Shown: positions 1-29,510 of the stretch, in pieces | Layout of the letters: each line of letters starts with the position of its first letter | Position numbering within the stretch: position 1 is the stretch's first letter | Assembly (NCBI GenBank): GCA_012295275.1 | Contig: CM022676.1 | Span: 16,802,001-16,866,000, forward strand | DNA: 64,000 bases | Direction of reading: 5' to 3' | From: Chrysomallon squamiferum | Lineage: Eukaryota; Animalia; Mollusca | Program-made: the position numbers and the translations under genes | The notes under the pieces: generated by a model | The model's input: only the letters and a program-made list of their open reading frames with translations | What the model was told of the DNA's origin: nothing | The model's database searches: none

Positions 1-349
1 CTCACCCTTACTAATTGGTGTTCTGTCACCTTAATTAATGGCCCATCAACTGACTTGATGTATTTTTGTTAAACAGTATTTTGTCCGCAATTTGAAAGCA
101 ATTCAGTCACACTTTACACACGAAATGTCCCAGAAAGCTTTTCACCCCAACCTGACAAGTAGGAAGCCGTGTCCCGAGTACACGTGACGTACTCCAATCC
201 CAGATGGAAGAGCTGTGCTTGTCTTCTGGTAGTATTTCCTCACGCCAGTTTTCCCAATTCTGGAAGCGGATTATAACACCTCACCGCTTTCCTGCCAGTG
301 TTGGGAACATACCACATACAACACGCAAACAAACTTTAAAATAGTGTGA

Positions 350-17848
<17,499 letters not shown>

Positions 17849-18048
17849 NNNNNNNNNNNNNNNNNNNNNNNNNNNNNNNNNNNNNNNNNNNNNNNNNNNN
17901 NNNNNNNNNNNNNNNNNNNNNNNNNNNNNNNNNNNNNNNNNNNNNNNNNNNNNNNNNNNNNNNNNNNNNNNNNNNNNNNNNNNNNNNNNNNNNNNNNNNN
18001 NNNNNNNNNNNNNNNNNNNNNNNNNNNNNNNNNNNNNNNNNNNNNNNN
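17849..18048. other. Assembly gap (200 N)
   Basis: Run of N; probably a fixed-size placeholder, so true distance is unknown. Confidence 0.99.
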
Positions 18049-18623
18049 TTACTTATGACTATATTTACTTTTTATTAATTAATTCATGTACTATGGTTCT
18101 ATTTTTATTTCTTTATTTTTTTTTACTTCATGTTAAAGCTTGTGAATGTTACAATATTATATAGTAATAAATATATGAATGTATTTTATTTTTATTTCCT
18201 GACATATGACATACACACTTTCTACAGTTTAAAGGTCCATCTCGCTTAAACAAATAATAATAATCAAATTTGTATTTCCTTTTATTCTTCTTGTTCGTAT
18301 TTTATAACGACTAGACATACTGCAGGCATGTACGAAATTCCATCTGTTCATATGAAACATCTATCTTATTTACTTAAAAACTATCTTCAGAAAAAGATTA
18401 AACCTGCAACAAACATCAAATTATTATTATTATTATTATTATTATTCTTTTTTTAATAATTTTACTTTCCATAAGACTTATTCTTTTTATTTACTTGTTT
18501 TTGTTGTTTTGGGTTCTTTTTTTCTGACTGTAATAAATTAATACACTGAGACAATACCTTTCATTTGTAGTTATAATAATACTATTTATTTATTTATTTA
18601 TATATTTATTTATTTATTTCTAG

Positions 18624-18878
18624 ATGGAGTCCTTTCTGTTAGATTCATTCCTTCAGCTCCAGGAAACACTGTTGAAGGAGAGACTCTAAATGTGACCTGT
18701 GTTGCTAATTGTGACTCATCTTGTGTCTACACGTGGAAAAGTGAAGATCGGTATTTGGTCAACAGTTCTCAGTTAACTGTTGGTCCTGTGAGCAGAAATC
18801 AGACAGGAGAAACATTTACATGTACAGCAAATAGTTCTGAACGTTCAGGAAGTAACCAGTTCCAGCTTAGAGTTTTTT
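18624..18878 (+). CDS. Ig-like domain exon (Ig1 type) of receptor paralog A; upstream exons not visible
   Basis: ttctag| acceptor, |gtaagt donor, 255 nt, phase 1-1, open frame GVLSVRFIPSAPGNTVEGETLNVTCVANCDSSCVYTWKSEDRYLVNSSQLTVGPVSRNQTGETFTCTANSSERSGSNQFQLRVF with Ig B-strand Cys, C-strand Trp and F-strand Cys. The exon and upstream intron align with 45475-46304. Confidence 0.88.
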
Positions 18879-19479
18879 GTAAGTTCCATTTTCACAGATA
18901 AAGATACGACTTTAAATATACAAATAATGTGTCAAAAACAGAATAAATAAAAAAGTAATAATAAAAAACTACCAAAAACAACAACATTAAGATAAATATC
19001 GAATCCCCGTTTTTATTTTCATCCCAACAAAATCTGTAAGGTATAGAACTTTTTTTTAAAAATATCTAATTTATTCAGCGATTTCTTCAAAGTTCTCGCT
19101 ATGTTATACTGGTGTTTATCTACATACGAAAGAAAAACTCAACAAAATAATTTAAAAATAAAATGTTATACATTTAGTGAGTAAAGTTTAAAAACATTTA
19201 CAAGTTTTCTCTCGCATACACTTCCAAGCCACAAGTTTCATGTATATTAAGATTTTTTCACTAACAATGATATCTTTTTTTGATCATATTTTAAATTATA
19301 TTGCATTTTTCTTTATTCTGGTTTGAAATTCTAACATTTTTAAATCCAGAACTGCCTACAAAATATGTTTTAGTGACTGCTTTAAAGTGTAATTATGATT
19401 ATTTTTTATTTTGTATTACTTTACTTATTTATTTGTTTATTTATTTTTTAGTATTTATTATAATTATTATTTCTTAAAG

Positions 19480-19512
<33 letters not shown>

Positions 19513-19691
19513 GATTCGTTTAATCGTATTTGTAGAGTGGTAAGCAAAATTCTATCTTAACAGAATAATTAAAAATGAACTGGAGAAACGTGTCTGACTA
19601 GATATTGCTGTAGATGTGCTGACACTGTTTACCTATCGTGTTGTCAGTACTTGTATTAGAAACTTCAGCCTGATTTTATTTTAGCTACATA

Positions 19692-20233
19692 CAGTGGAAC
19701 ATCGGGTTACGAACTTAATCCGTTCCAGAACTCGGTTCTTAAAGAGAATTGTACGTAAACCGAAGCAATGTCAGAGACACGAACGCCACTCTTATGTTTT
19801 GCAATTAATTCCTTCTTATCCTCTACTGTGATATATTTGTAATTTCCATTAGCATTATAGCTTTCACGTTTTGTTTTGTTGGGCATTATAGGGTATGAAA
19901 AGAATAAAAGACATAAAAACAGCAACACTTTAAAAAAAGTGACCGTACAATTTCAGTGCAAAATATATTGAACTGCAACTGCATATCGAACACTAAAGGC
20001 CCTAATTTATGAATCGTATTTGCTGAAGGGCATGGCTATAATCCTTTCTTTGGCTTCGGTTTTGACGTAAGCATCTATTCTTATCTTTACTGGATGTTGA
20101 GGTAAAAAGAAGGCTTGTCGTGGCGGGTCGCTGTGGTTCGTATCTCGTAAACCGAGACAAAATTTGCCCAAGATCATGATTCTTTATCCGAATTATTCGT
20201 GCTTCGAGACGTTCGTAACCCGATGTTCCACTA
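19692..20233 (-). mobile_element. Internally deleted Tigger/pogo (Tc1-mariner superfamily) DNA transposon
   Basis: TA then CAGTGGAACATCGGGTTACGAAC (19692) and inverted GTTCGTAACCCGATGTTCCACT (20211-20232). Minus-strand peptide ITVEDKKELIAKHKSGVRVSDIASVY resembles the N-terminal CENP-B/psq-type HTH of Tigger transposases. Confidence 0.85.
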
Positions 20234-20483
20234 AAACAAACAAACAAAAGTTATTTTTTTTTAGTGGAACATCGGTTAACAAAAGTTAAAGTGCTGCAGA
20301 CAATGTTTATGTTTCCACAACATACTCATATACAGAATTGCTTTTCGAGTAAAACAACTGACATTTTGTGTACTAGTTATCGGGAAATGATACTGAATAT
20401 TAAATTACTAGTGTTTGACTTGATTCACTTGCAGATCAAACGTCAGTGATTTTATATGCAGTAAATGTTTTCTGTCGTTGCAG

Positions 20484-20502
20484 ACCTAACTTCTATTACA
20501 TC
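20484..20502 (+). pseudogene. Truncated Ig2 exon stub fused to post-FN3 intron sequence (deletion scar)
   Basis: ttgcag|ACCTAACTTCTATTACATC matches the start of the Ig2 exons (22362, 47341), then switches to GCAATTATTGTGCGCTATC, which elsewhere lies about 130 nt downstream of the FN3 exon (e.g. 23305). Confidence 0.85.
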
Positions 20503-21108
20503 GCAATTATTGTGCGCTATCTTGTACTTCTGGATGCAAATTTATTGCATTGATGAATTATTTTTAGTGATAATAATGGAGTGTTAACGATCGTATCTTG
20601 TTTTCAGTGAGTGTTTATAAGCAGACCTGAAACAAAGCAAAGATGCAATTTCATTAGCATGTTTCTTTAATCACATTTTTCAAGAACCATCTTCAAATGA
20701 GAAATTTGAATAAGTTAATGGTTTCCTTTTCCATCATAGAGTGCTTATCCAGCTACGTTCAGGTACATTAAATATGTAACCAATATCAAATTTAGTCGTC
20801 ATTATTTTTTAAATTCTGTTTTCGATAACATTTATTGTTTTTTAATTACATACTTACTTATATATCTTGTTCTTAGTCATGACATATTTTAACTCTAAGA
20901 TTCACTTTTGGAGATATATTGACGTATTTTTTCGACTCCCTTGCAGCTTTACCGTTCAAACAGAAACCAAAAGATTCATCCTAATGTTTCTAAATGTGCA
21001 TTTCATTTGCTCTTGTAATGATACACGTTATTCCGTTCCTTTTTTCTTTCTTTCTTTCTTTCATTTTTTCAAATACAAAAATATATATATACATATATAT
21101 ATTTGTAG

Positions 21109-23173
21109 ATGCAACCCTTTCTGTTGCATTCATACCTTCAGCTCCAGGAAACATTGTTGAAGGAGAAACTCTAAATGTCACCTGTGTTTCTAATTGTGAC
21201 TCATCTTGTGTCTACACGTGGAGAAGTGAAGATCGGTATTTGGTCAACAGCTCTCAGTTAACTGTTGGTCCTGTTAGCAGAAATCAGACTGGACAAACAT
21301 TTACATGTACAGCAAAAAGATATGGATATTCAGGAAGTAACCAGTTCCAGCTTAGAGTTCTTTGTAAGTTCCAGATTCACAGATACAATTACAACTTCAA
21401 ATACGCATGAACGCACGCACACATGTCAATCACAGAAAACAAACAAACATTAAGAAAAATATTAAATGCCAGCTTTGCAGTTCTTGTTCATATCCGCTCT
21501 TCTTGTGTTACGTGAAAGCCTGATAATGATATATAAGAATATCAAAAATTAGCATACTTTATACAGCGATTACTTCATCATTTCTTCACATTTTCAATAT
21601 CTCACTCGCAACACAATTGTAATTTAGTACACACAGTTTTAGAATTCTTTGCTGTTACTCATTCGTAGTAAAACAGTTATTGTAGCTTCTCAACTTTATA
21701 AACACCTTTTCTTTTCTTTATCTCGTTTTGACAGATACACACTTCCCAACCAAAGAGCTTCATCTATAATAAGAATCTGTCATTCACAATAATGTATTTT
21801 TTTTTTTATGTATCATATGTAAATTATATTGTAGCTTTTCTTCATTCTGGACTCAATTTCTAAAATTATCCAGTCAAAAACTCGGATGACTCTTAAATTG
21901 TTAAAAACAGTTAAAACTGCATGAGGAGTCTCTTTGATCTTTCGCTTTAGTGAACTTTTCAAATATCTGAGAGCTATCAAGATTTCGAAACTTCATTACA
22001 TGTTCGGTTTCTTCTTTTGTTTTACTTGTTCCAAAATAAGCGAAATTCTTGTCATCCTTAATAGAAAACTTCAGAGTCTACTGGAGAAAGGTGTAAGAGT
22101 AGATGTTCTTGTAGATGAGCTGACACTGTTACCTTCTCATTACAGTACTTGTGTGAAAAAGTTAAAACTGGTTTTCTTTTAGCTACATACAAATAAACAA
22201 TTCTTTATAAATATCGTTCCTACTTTAAATCAATATAAATAATATTTATCTTTTCTGGTTTTATTTTGTGTTAATTCGAATGTACTGGTAAATGACTCGT
22301 TTCATCTTGCAGCTCAATCGTCAGTGATTTCACGTGTAGTACATGTGTTGTATTATTGCAGACCGAACTTCTATCACATCTTTGACGTTAAACTCGAATT
22401 CTACAAAGTTAACAGTTGATGAGCTGACTCCCATGACTCTGAGATGTGAAGTTGACAGTAATCCAGCATCTCACATCAAACTGTTAAACAGATCTCAGAT
22501 TATACGTGAAGTGTACAGCTCCAAGTCAGTGGAGTACAGCTGGAATGAAGCTGGATGTCTGGATACAGGATTTTACATTTGTGAAGCAGGAAACAACATC
22601 AAGTCTGATGTCAGTCAAAGCGTGCAGCTCGTTGTTAAATGTAACGTCTATTTTAACACATTACATTATCAGTAATAACAAAATAAGCAACGTACACACT
22701 CGTGTGCAAGTATATACATACATGCATACATGTACGCAGAGACGCACAGACAAACACTCATAATCCGACACGCTCAGACACACACACGCTCGCATCCACA
22801 CTGTTTTCTTTCTTCTTCTGATATGGTCAGGTTTATCAACGTTTATTAGCTTGACTGTCTTTTTGCCTACAAGGTCAACCCAGGATTCCTTCTAGTGTGA
22901 ACGTACAGAGAATCAGCTCTTCTGCCATCTCAGTGACTTGGACAGAGGAATTTAACGGCGGCTTCGTGCAGACATTCATAGTGCAGTACAGAGAAATCAC
23001 GTCAGCACACTGGATCAACGTCACAGAGAAATTTCTAGAACGTGGTCTCCATACAACCCACACAACAGTAATAGCATCTCTGAAAAGAAACACGAAATAT
23101 GTTGTGAGGATTTTGGCTTATAACAAATACGGAGATAAAGGTTTTACAGATGAGAAAGATATTTTGATGACAG
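21109..23173 (+). CDS. Cassette 1: Ig1 (21109-21363) + Ig2 (22362-22640) + FN3 (22874-23173)
   Basis: AG/GT-bounded exons of 255, 279 and 300 nt, all phase 1-1 and open. Ig2 has MTLRCEVDSNP...DTGFYICEAGN; FN3 has AISVTWTEEFNGG..FIVQYRE..LKRNTKYVVRILAYNKYG. Confidence 0.9.
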
Positions 23174-23906
23174 GTACGCATATTAATAATGAGGTAACAC
23201 GCACTTCAATAAAGTTATGTATCATAGCATTTCATTTGTTCACAGTCTCGATAGGACCGGAAAACAGTTTTATAGCTTATTTTACCATGAACGTTTTAGA
23301 AATCGCAATTATTGTGCGCTATCTTGTACTTCTGGATGCAAATTTATTGCATAGATGAATTATTTTTAGTGATAATAATGGAGTGTTAACGATCGTATCT
23401 TGTTTTCAGTGAGTGTTTATAAGCAGACCTGAAACAAAGCAAAGATGCAATTTCATTAGCATGTTTCTTTAATCACATTTTTCAAGAACCATCTTCAAAT
23501 GAGAAATTTGAATAAGTTAATGGTTTCCTTTTCCATCATAGAGTGCTTATCCAGCTACGTTCAGGTACATTAAATATGTAACCAATATCAAATTTAGTCG
23601 TCATTATTTTTTAAATTCTGTTTTCGATAACATTTATTGTTTTTTAATTACATACTTATATATCTTGTTCTTAGTCATGACATATTTTAACTCTAAGATT
23701 CACTTTTGGAGATATATTGACGTATTTTTTCGACTCCCTTGCAGCTTTACCGTTCAAACAGAAACCAAAAGATTCATCCTAATGTTTCTAAATGTGCATT
23801 TCATTTGCTCTTGTAATGATACACGTTATTCCGTTCCTTTTTTCTTTCTTTCTTTCTTTCATTTTTTCAAATACAAAAATATATATATACATATATATAT
23901 TTGTAG

Positions 23907-25973
23907 ATGCAACCCTTTCTGTTGCATTCATACCTTCAGCTCCAGGAAACATTGTTGAAGGAGAAACTCTAAATGTCACCTGTGTTTCTAATTGTGACTC
24001 ATCTTGTGTCTACACGTGGAGAAGTGAAGATCGGTATTTGGTCAACAGCTCTCAGTTAACTGTTGGTCCTGTTAGCAGAAATCAGACTGGACAAACATTT
24101 ACATGTACAGCAAAAAGATATGGATATTCAGGAAGTAACCAGTTCCAGCTTAGAGTTCTTTGTAAGTTCCAGATTCACAGATACAATTACAACTTCAAAT
24201 ACGCATGAACGCACGCACACATGTCAATCACAGAAAACAAACAAACATTAAGAAAAATATTAAATGCCAGCTTTGCAGTTCTTGTTCATATCCGCTCTTC
24301 TTGTGTTACGTGAAAGCCTGATAATGATATATAAGAATATCAAAAATTAGCATACTTTATACAGCGATTACTTCATCATTTCTTCACATTTTCAATATCT
24401 CACTCGCAACACAATTGTAATTTAGTACACACAGTTTTAGAATTCTTTGCTGTTACTCATTCGTAGTAAAACAGTTATTGTAGCTTCTCAACTTTATAAA
24501 CACCTTTTCTTTTCTTTATCTCGTTTTGACAGATACACACTTCCCAACCAAAGAGCTTCATCTATAATAAGAATCTGTCATTCACAATAATGTATTTTTT
24601 TTTTTTATGTATCATATGTAAATTATATTGTAGCTTTTCTTCATTCTGGACTCAATTTCTAAAATTATCCAGTCAAAAACTCGGATGACTCTTAAATTGT
24701 TAAAAACAGTTAAAACTGCATGAGGAGTCTCTTTGATCTTTCGCTTTAGTGAACTTTTCAAATATCTGAGAGCTATCAAGATTTCGAAACTTCATTACAT
24801 GTTCGGTTTCTTCTTTTGTTTTACTTGTTCCAAAATAAGCGAAATTCTTGTCATCCTTAATAGAAAACTTCAGAGTCTACTGGAGAAAGGTGTAAGAGTA
24901 GATGTTCTTGTAGATGAGCTGACACTGTTACCTTCTCATTACAGTACTTGTGTGAAAAAGTTAAAACTGGTTTTCTTTTAGCTACATACAAATAAACAAT
25001 TCTTTATAAATATCGTTCCTACTTTAAATCAATATAAATAATATTTATCTTTTCTGGTTTTATTTTGTGTTAATTCGAATGTACTGGTAAATGACTCGTT
25101 TCATCTTGCAGCTCAATCGTCAGTGATTTCACGTGTAGTACATGTGTTGTATTATTGCAGACCGAACTTCTATTACATCTTTGACGTTAAACTCGAATTC
25201 TACAAAGTTAACAGTTGATGAGCTGACTCCCATGACTCTGAGATGTGAAGTTGACAGTAATCCAGCATCTCACATCAAACTGTTAAACAGATCTCAGATT
25301 CTACGTGAAGTGTACAGCTCCAAGTCAGTGGAGTACAGCTGGAATGAAGCTGGATGTCTGGATACAGGATTTTACATTTGTGAAGCAGGAAACAACATCA
25401 AGTCTGATGTCAGTCAAAGCGTGCAGCTCGTTGTTAAATGTAACGTCTATTTTTAACACATTACATTATCAGTAATAACAAAATAAGCAACGTACACACT
25501 CGTGTGCAAGTATATACATACATGCATACATGTACGCAGAGACGCACAGACAAACACTCATAATCCGACACGCTCAGACACACACACGCTCGTATCCACA
25601 CTGTTTTCTTTCTTCTTCTGATATGGTCAGGTTTATCAACGTTTATTAGCTTGACTGTCTTTTTGCCTACAAGGTCAACCCAGGATTCCTTCTAGTGTGA
25701 ACGTACAGAGAATCAGCTCTTCTGCCATCTCAGTGACTTGGACAGAGGAATTTAACGGCGGCTTCGTGCAGACATTCATAGTGCAGTACAGAGAAATCAC
25801 GTCAGCACACTGGATCAACGTCACAGAGAAATTTCTAGAACGTGGTCTCCATACAACCCACACAACAGTAATAGCATCTCTGAAAAGAAACACGAAATAT
25901 GTTGTGAGGATTTTGGCTTATAACAAATACGGAGATAAAGGTTTTACAGATGAGAAAGATATTTTGATGACAG
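23907..25973 (+). CDS. Cassette 2: Ig1 (23907-24161) + Ig2 (25161-25439) + FN3 (25674-25973)
   Basis: Same splice sites, lengths and open frames as cassette 1. Confidence 0.9.
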
Positions 25974-26706
25974 GTACGCATATTAATAATGAGGTAACAC
26001 GCACTTCAATAAAGTTATGTATCATAGCATTTCATTTTGTTCACAGTCTCGATAGGACCGGAAAACAGTTTTATAGCTTATTTTACCATGAACGTTTTAG
26101 AAATCGCAATTATTGTGCGCTATCTTGTACTTCTGGATGCAAATTTATTGCATAGATGAATTATTTTTAGTGATAATAATGGAGTGTTAACGATCGTATC
26201 TTGTTTTCAGTGAGTGTTTATAAGCAGACCTGAAACAAAGCAAAGATGCAATTTCATTAGCATGTTTCTTTAATCACATTTTTCAAGAACCATCTTCAAA
26301 TGAGAAATTTGAATAAGTTAATGGTTTCCTTTTCCATCATAGAGTGCTTATCCAGCTACGTTCAGGTACATTAAATATGTAACCAATATCAAATTTAGTC
26401 GTCATTATTTTTTAAATTCTGTTTTCGATAACATTTATTGTTTTTTAATTACATACTTATATATCTTGTTCTTAGTCATGACATATTTTAACTCTAAGAT
26501 TCACTTTTGGAGATATATTGACGTATTTTTTTCGACTCCCTTGCAGCTTTACCGTTCAAACAGAAACCAAAAGATTCATCCTAATGTTTCTAAATGTGCA
26601 TTTCATTTGCTCTTGTAATGATACACGTTATTCCGTTCCTTTTTTCTTTCTTTCTTTCTTTCATTTTTTCAAATAAAAAAATATATATATATATATATAT
26701 TTGTAG

Positions 26707-28778
26707 ATGCAACCCTTTCTGTTGCATTCATACCTTCAGCTCCAGGAAACATTGTTGAAGGAGAAACTCTAAATGTGACCTGTGTTGCTGATTGTGACTC
26801 ATCTTGTGTCTACACGTGGAGAAGTGAAGATCGGTATTTGGTCAACAGCTCTCAGTTAACTGTTGGTCCTGTTAGCAGAAATCAGACTGGACAAACATTT
26901 ACATGTACAGCAAAAAGATATGGATATTCAGGAAGTAACCAGTTCCAGCTTAGAGTTCTTTGTAAGTTCCAGATTCACAGATACAATTACAACTTCAAAT
27001 ACGCATGAACGCACGCACACATGTCAATCACAGAAAACAAACAAACATTAAGAAAAATATTAAATGCCAGCTTTGCAGTTCTTGTTCATATCCGCTCTTC
27101 TTGTGTTACGTGAAAGCCTGATAATGATATATAAGAATATCAAAAATTAGCATAATTTATACAGCGATTACTTCATCATTTCTTCACATTTTCAATATCT
27201 CACTCGCAACACAATTGTAATTTAGTACACACAGTTTTAGAATTCTTTGCTATTACTCATTCGTAGTAAAACAGTTATTGTAGCTTCTCAACTTTATAAA
27301 CACCTTTTCTTTTCTTTATCTCGTTTTGACAGATACACACTTCCCAACCAAAGAGCTTCATCTATAATAAGAATCTGTCATTCACAATAATGTATTTTTT
27401 TTTTTATGTATCATATGTAAATTATATTGTAGCTTTTCTTCATTCTGGACTCAATTTCTAAAATTATCCAGTCAAAAACTCGGATGACTCTTAAATTGTT
27501 AAAAACAGTTAAAACTGCATGAGGAGTCTCTTTCATCTTTCGCTTTACTGAACTTTTCAAATATCTGAGAGCTATCAAGATTTCGTTTTGAAACTTCATT
27601 ACATGTTCTGTTTCTTCTTTTGTTTTACTTGTTCCATAATAAGCGAAATTCTTGTCATCCTTAATAGAAAACTTCAGAGTCTACTGGAGAAAGGTGTAAG
27701 AGTAGATGTTCTTGTAGATGAGCTGACACTGTTACCTTCTCATTACAGTACTTGTGTGAAAAAGTTAAAACTGGTTTTCTTTTTAGCTACATACAAATAA
27801 ACAATTCTTTATAAATATCGTTCCTACTTTAAATCAATATAAATAATATTTATCTTTTCTGGTTTTATTTTGTGTTAATTCGAATGTACTGGTAAATGAC
27901 TCGTTTCATCTTGCAGCTCAATCGTCAGTGATTTCACGTGTAGTACATGTGTTGTATTATTGCAGACCGAACTTCTATCACATCTTTGACGTTAAACTCG
28001 AATTCTACAAAGTTAACAGTTGATGAGCTGACTCCCATGACTCTGAGATGTGAAGTTGACAGTAATCCAGCATCTCACATCAAACTGTTAAACAGATCTC
28101 AGATTCTACGTGAAGTGTACAGCTCCAAGTCAGTGGAGTACAGCTGGAATGAAGCTGGATGTCTGGATACAGGATTTTACATTTGTGAAGCAGGAAACAA
28201 CATCAAGTCTGATGTCAGTCAAAGCGTGCAGCTCGTTGTTAAATGTAACGTCTATTTTTAACACATTACATTATCAGTAATAACAAAATAAGCAACGTAC
28301 ACACTCGTGTGCAAGTATATACATACATGCATACATGTACGCAGAGACGCACAGACAAACACTCATAATCCGACACGCTCAGACACACACACGCTCGTAT
28401 CCACACTGTTTTCTTTCTTCTTCTGATATGGTCAGGTTTATCAACGTTTATTAGCTTGACTGTCTTTTTGCCTACAAGGTCAACCCAGGATTCCTTCTAG
28501 TGTGAACGTACAGAGAATCAGCTCTTCTGCCATCTCAGTGACTTGGACAGAGGAATTTAACGGCGGCTTCGTGCAGACATTCATAGTGCAGTACAGAGAA
28601 ATCACGTCAGCACACTGGATCAACGTCACAGAGAAATTTCTAGAACGTGGTCTCCATACAACCCACACAACAGTAATAGCATCTCTGAAAAGAAACACGA
28701 AATATGTTGTGAGGATTTTGGCTTATAACAAATACGGAGATAAAGGTTTTACAGATGAGAAAGATATTTTGATGACAG
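26707..28778 (+). CDS. Cassette 3: Ig1 (26707-26961) + Ig2 (27966-28244) + FN3 (28479-28778)
   Basis: Same structure; Ig1 variant CVADCD. Confidence 0.9.
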
Positions 28779-29510
28779 GTACGCATATTAATAATGAGGT
28801 AACACGCACTTCAATAAAGTTATGTATCATAGCATTTCATTTGTTCACAGTCTCGATAGGACCGGAAAACAGTTTTATAGCTTATTTTACCATGAACGTT
28901 TTAGAAATCGCAATTATTGTGCGCTATCTTGTACTTCTGGATGCAAATTTATTGCATAGATGAATTATTTTTAGTGATAATAATGGAGTGTTAACGATCG
29001 TATCTTGTTTTCAGTGAGTGTTTATAAGCAGACCTGAAACAAAGCAAAGATGCAATTTCATTAGCATGTTTCTTTAATCACATTTTTCAAGAACCATCTT
29101 CAAATGAGAAATTTGAATAAGTTAATGGTTTCCTTTTCCATCATAGAGTGCTTATCCAGCTACGTTCAGGTACATTAAATATGTAACCAATATCAAATTT
29201 AGTCGTCATTATTTTTTAAATTCTGTTTTCGATAACATTTATTGTTTTTTAATTACATACTTATATATCTTGTTCTTAGTCATGACATATTTTAACTCTA
29301 AGATTCACTTTTGGAGATATATTGACGTATTTTTTTCGACTCCTTGCAGCTTTTACCGTTCAAACAGAAACCAAAAGATTCATCCTAATGTTTCTAAATG
29401 TACATTTCATTTGCTCTTGTAATGATACACGTTATTCCGTTCCTTTTTTCTTTCTTTCTTTCTTTCATTTTTTCAAATAAAAATAAAGAAATATATATAT
29501 ATATTTGTAG

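Noticed and set aside
170-295. Small GC-richer palindromes (GAGTAC-ACGTGAC-GTACTC; GAAGCGG...CCGCTTTC)
   Set aside because: Short stems of the kind expected by chance or from an unidentified TE end at the window edge; no supporting context.
20867-22182. Repeated intronic ORFs in array units (MFLVMTYFNSK..., MIFRFSELF..., and the antisense MFLFRDAIT... over FN3)
   Set aside because: They recur only because the DNA is duplicated. The intronic ones are broken by indels in some units and lack domain features; the antisense one shadows the FN3 exon.
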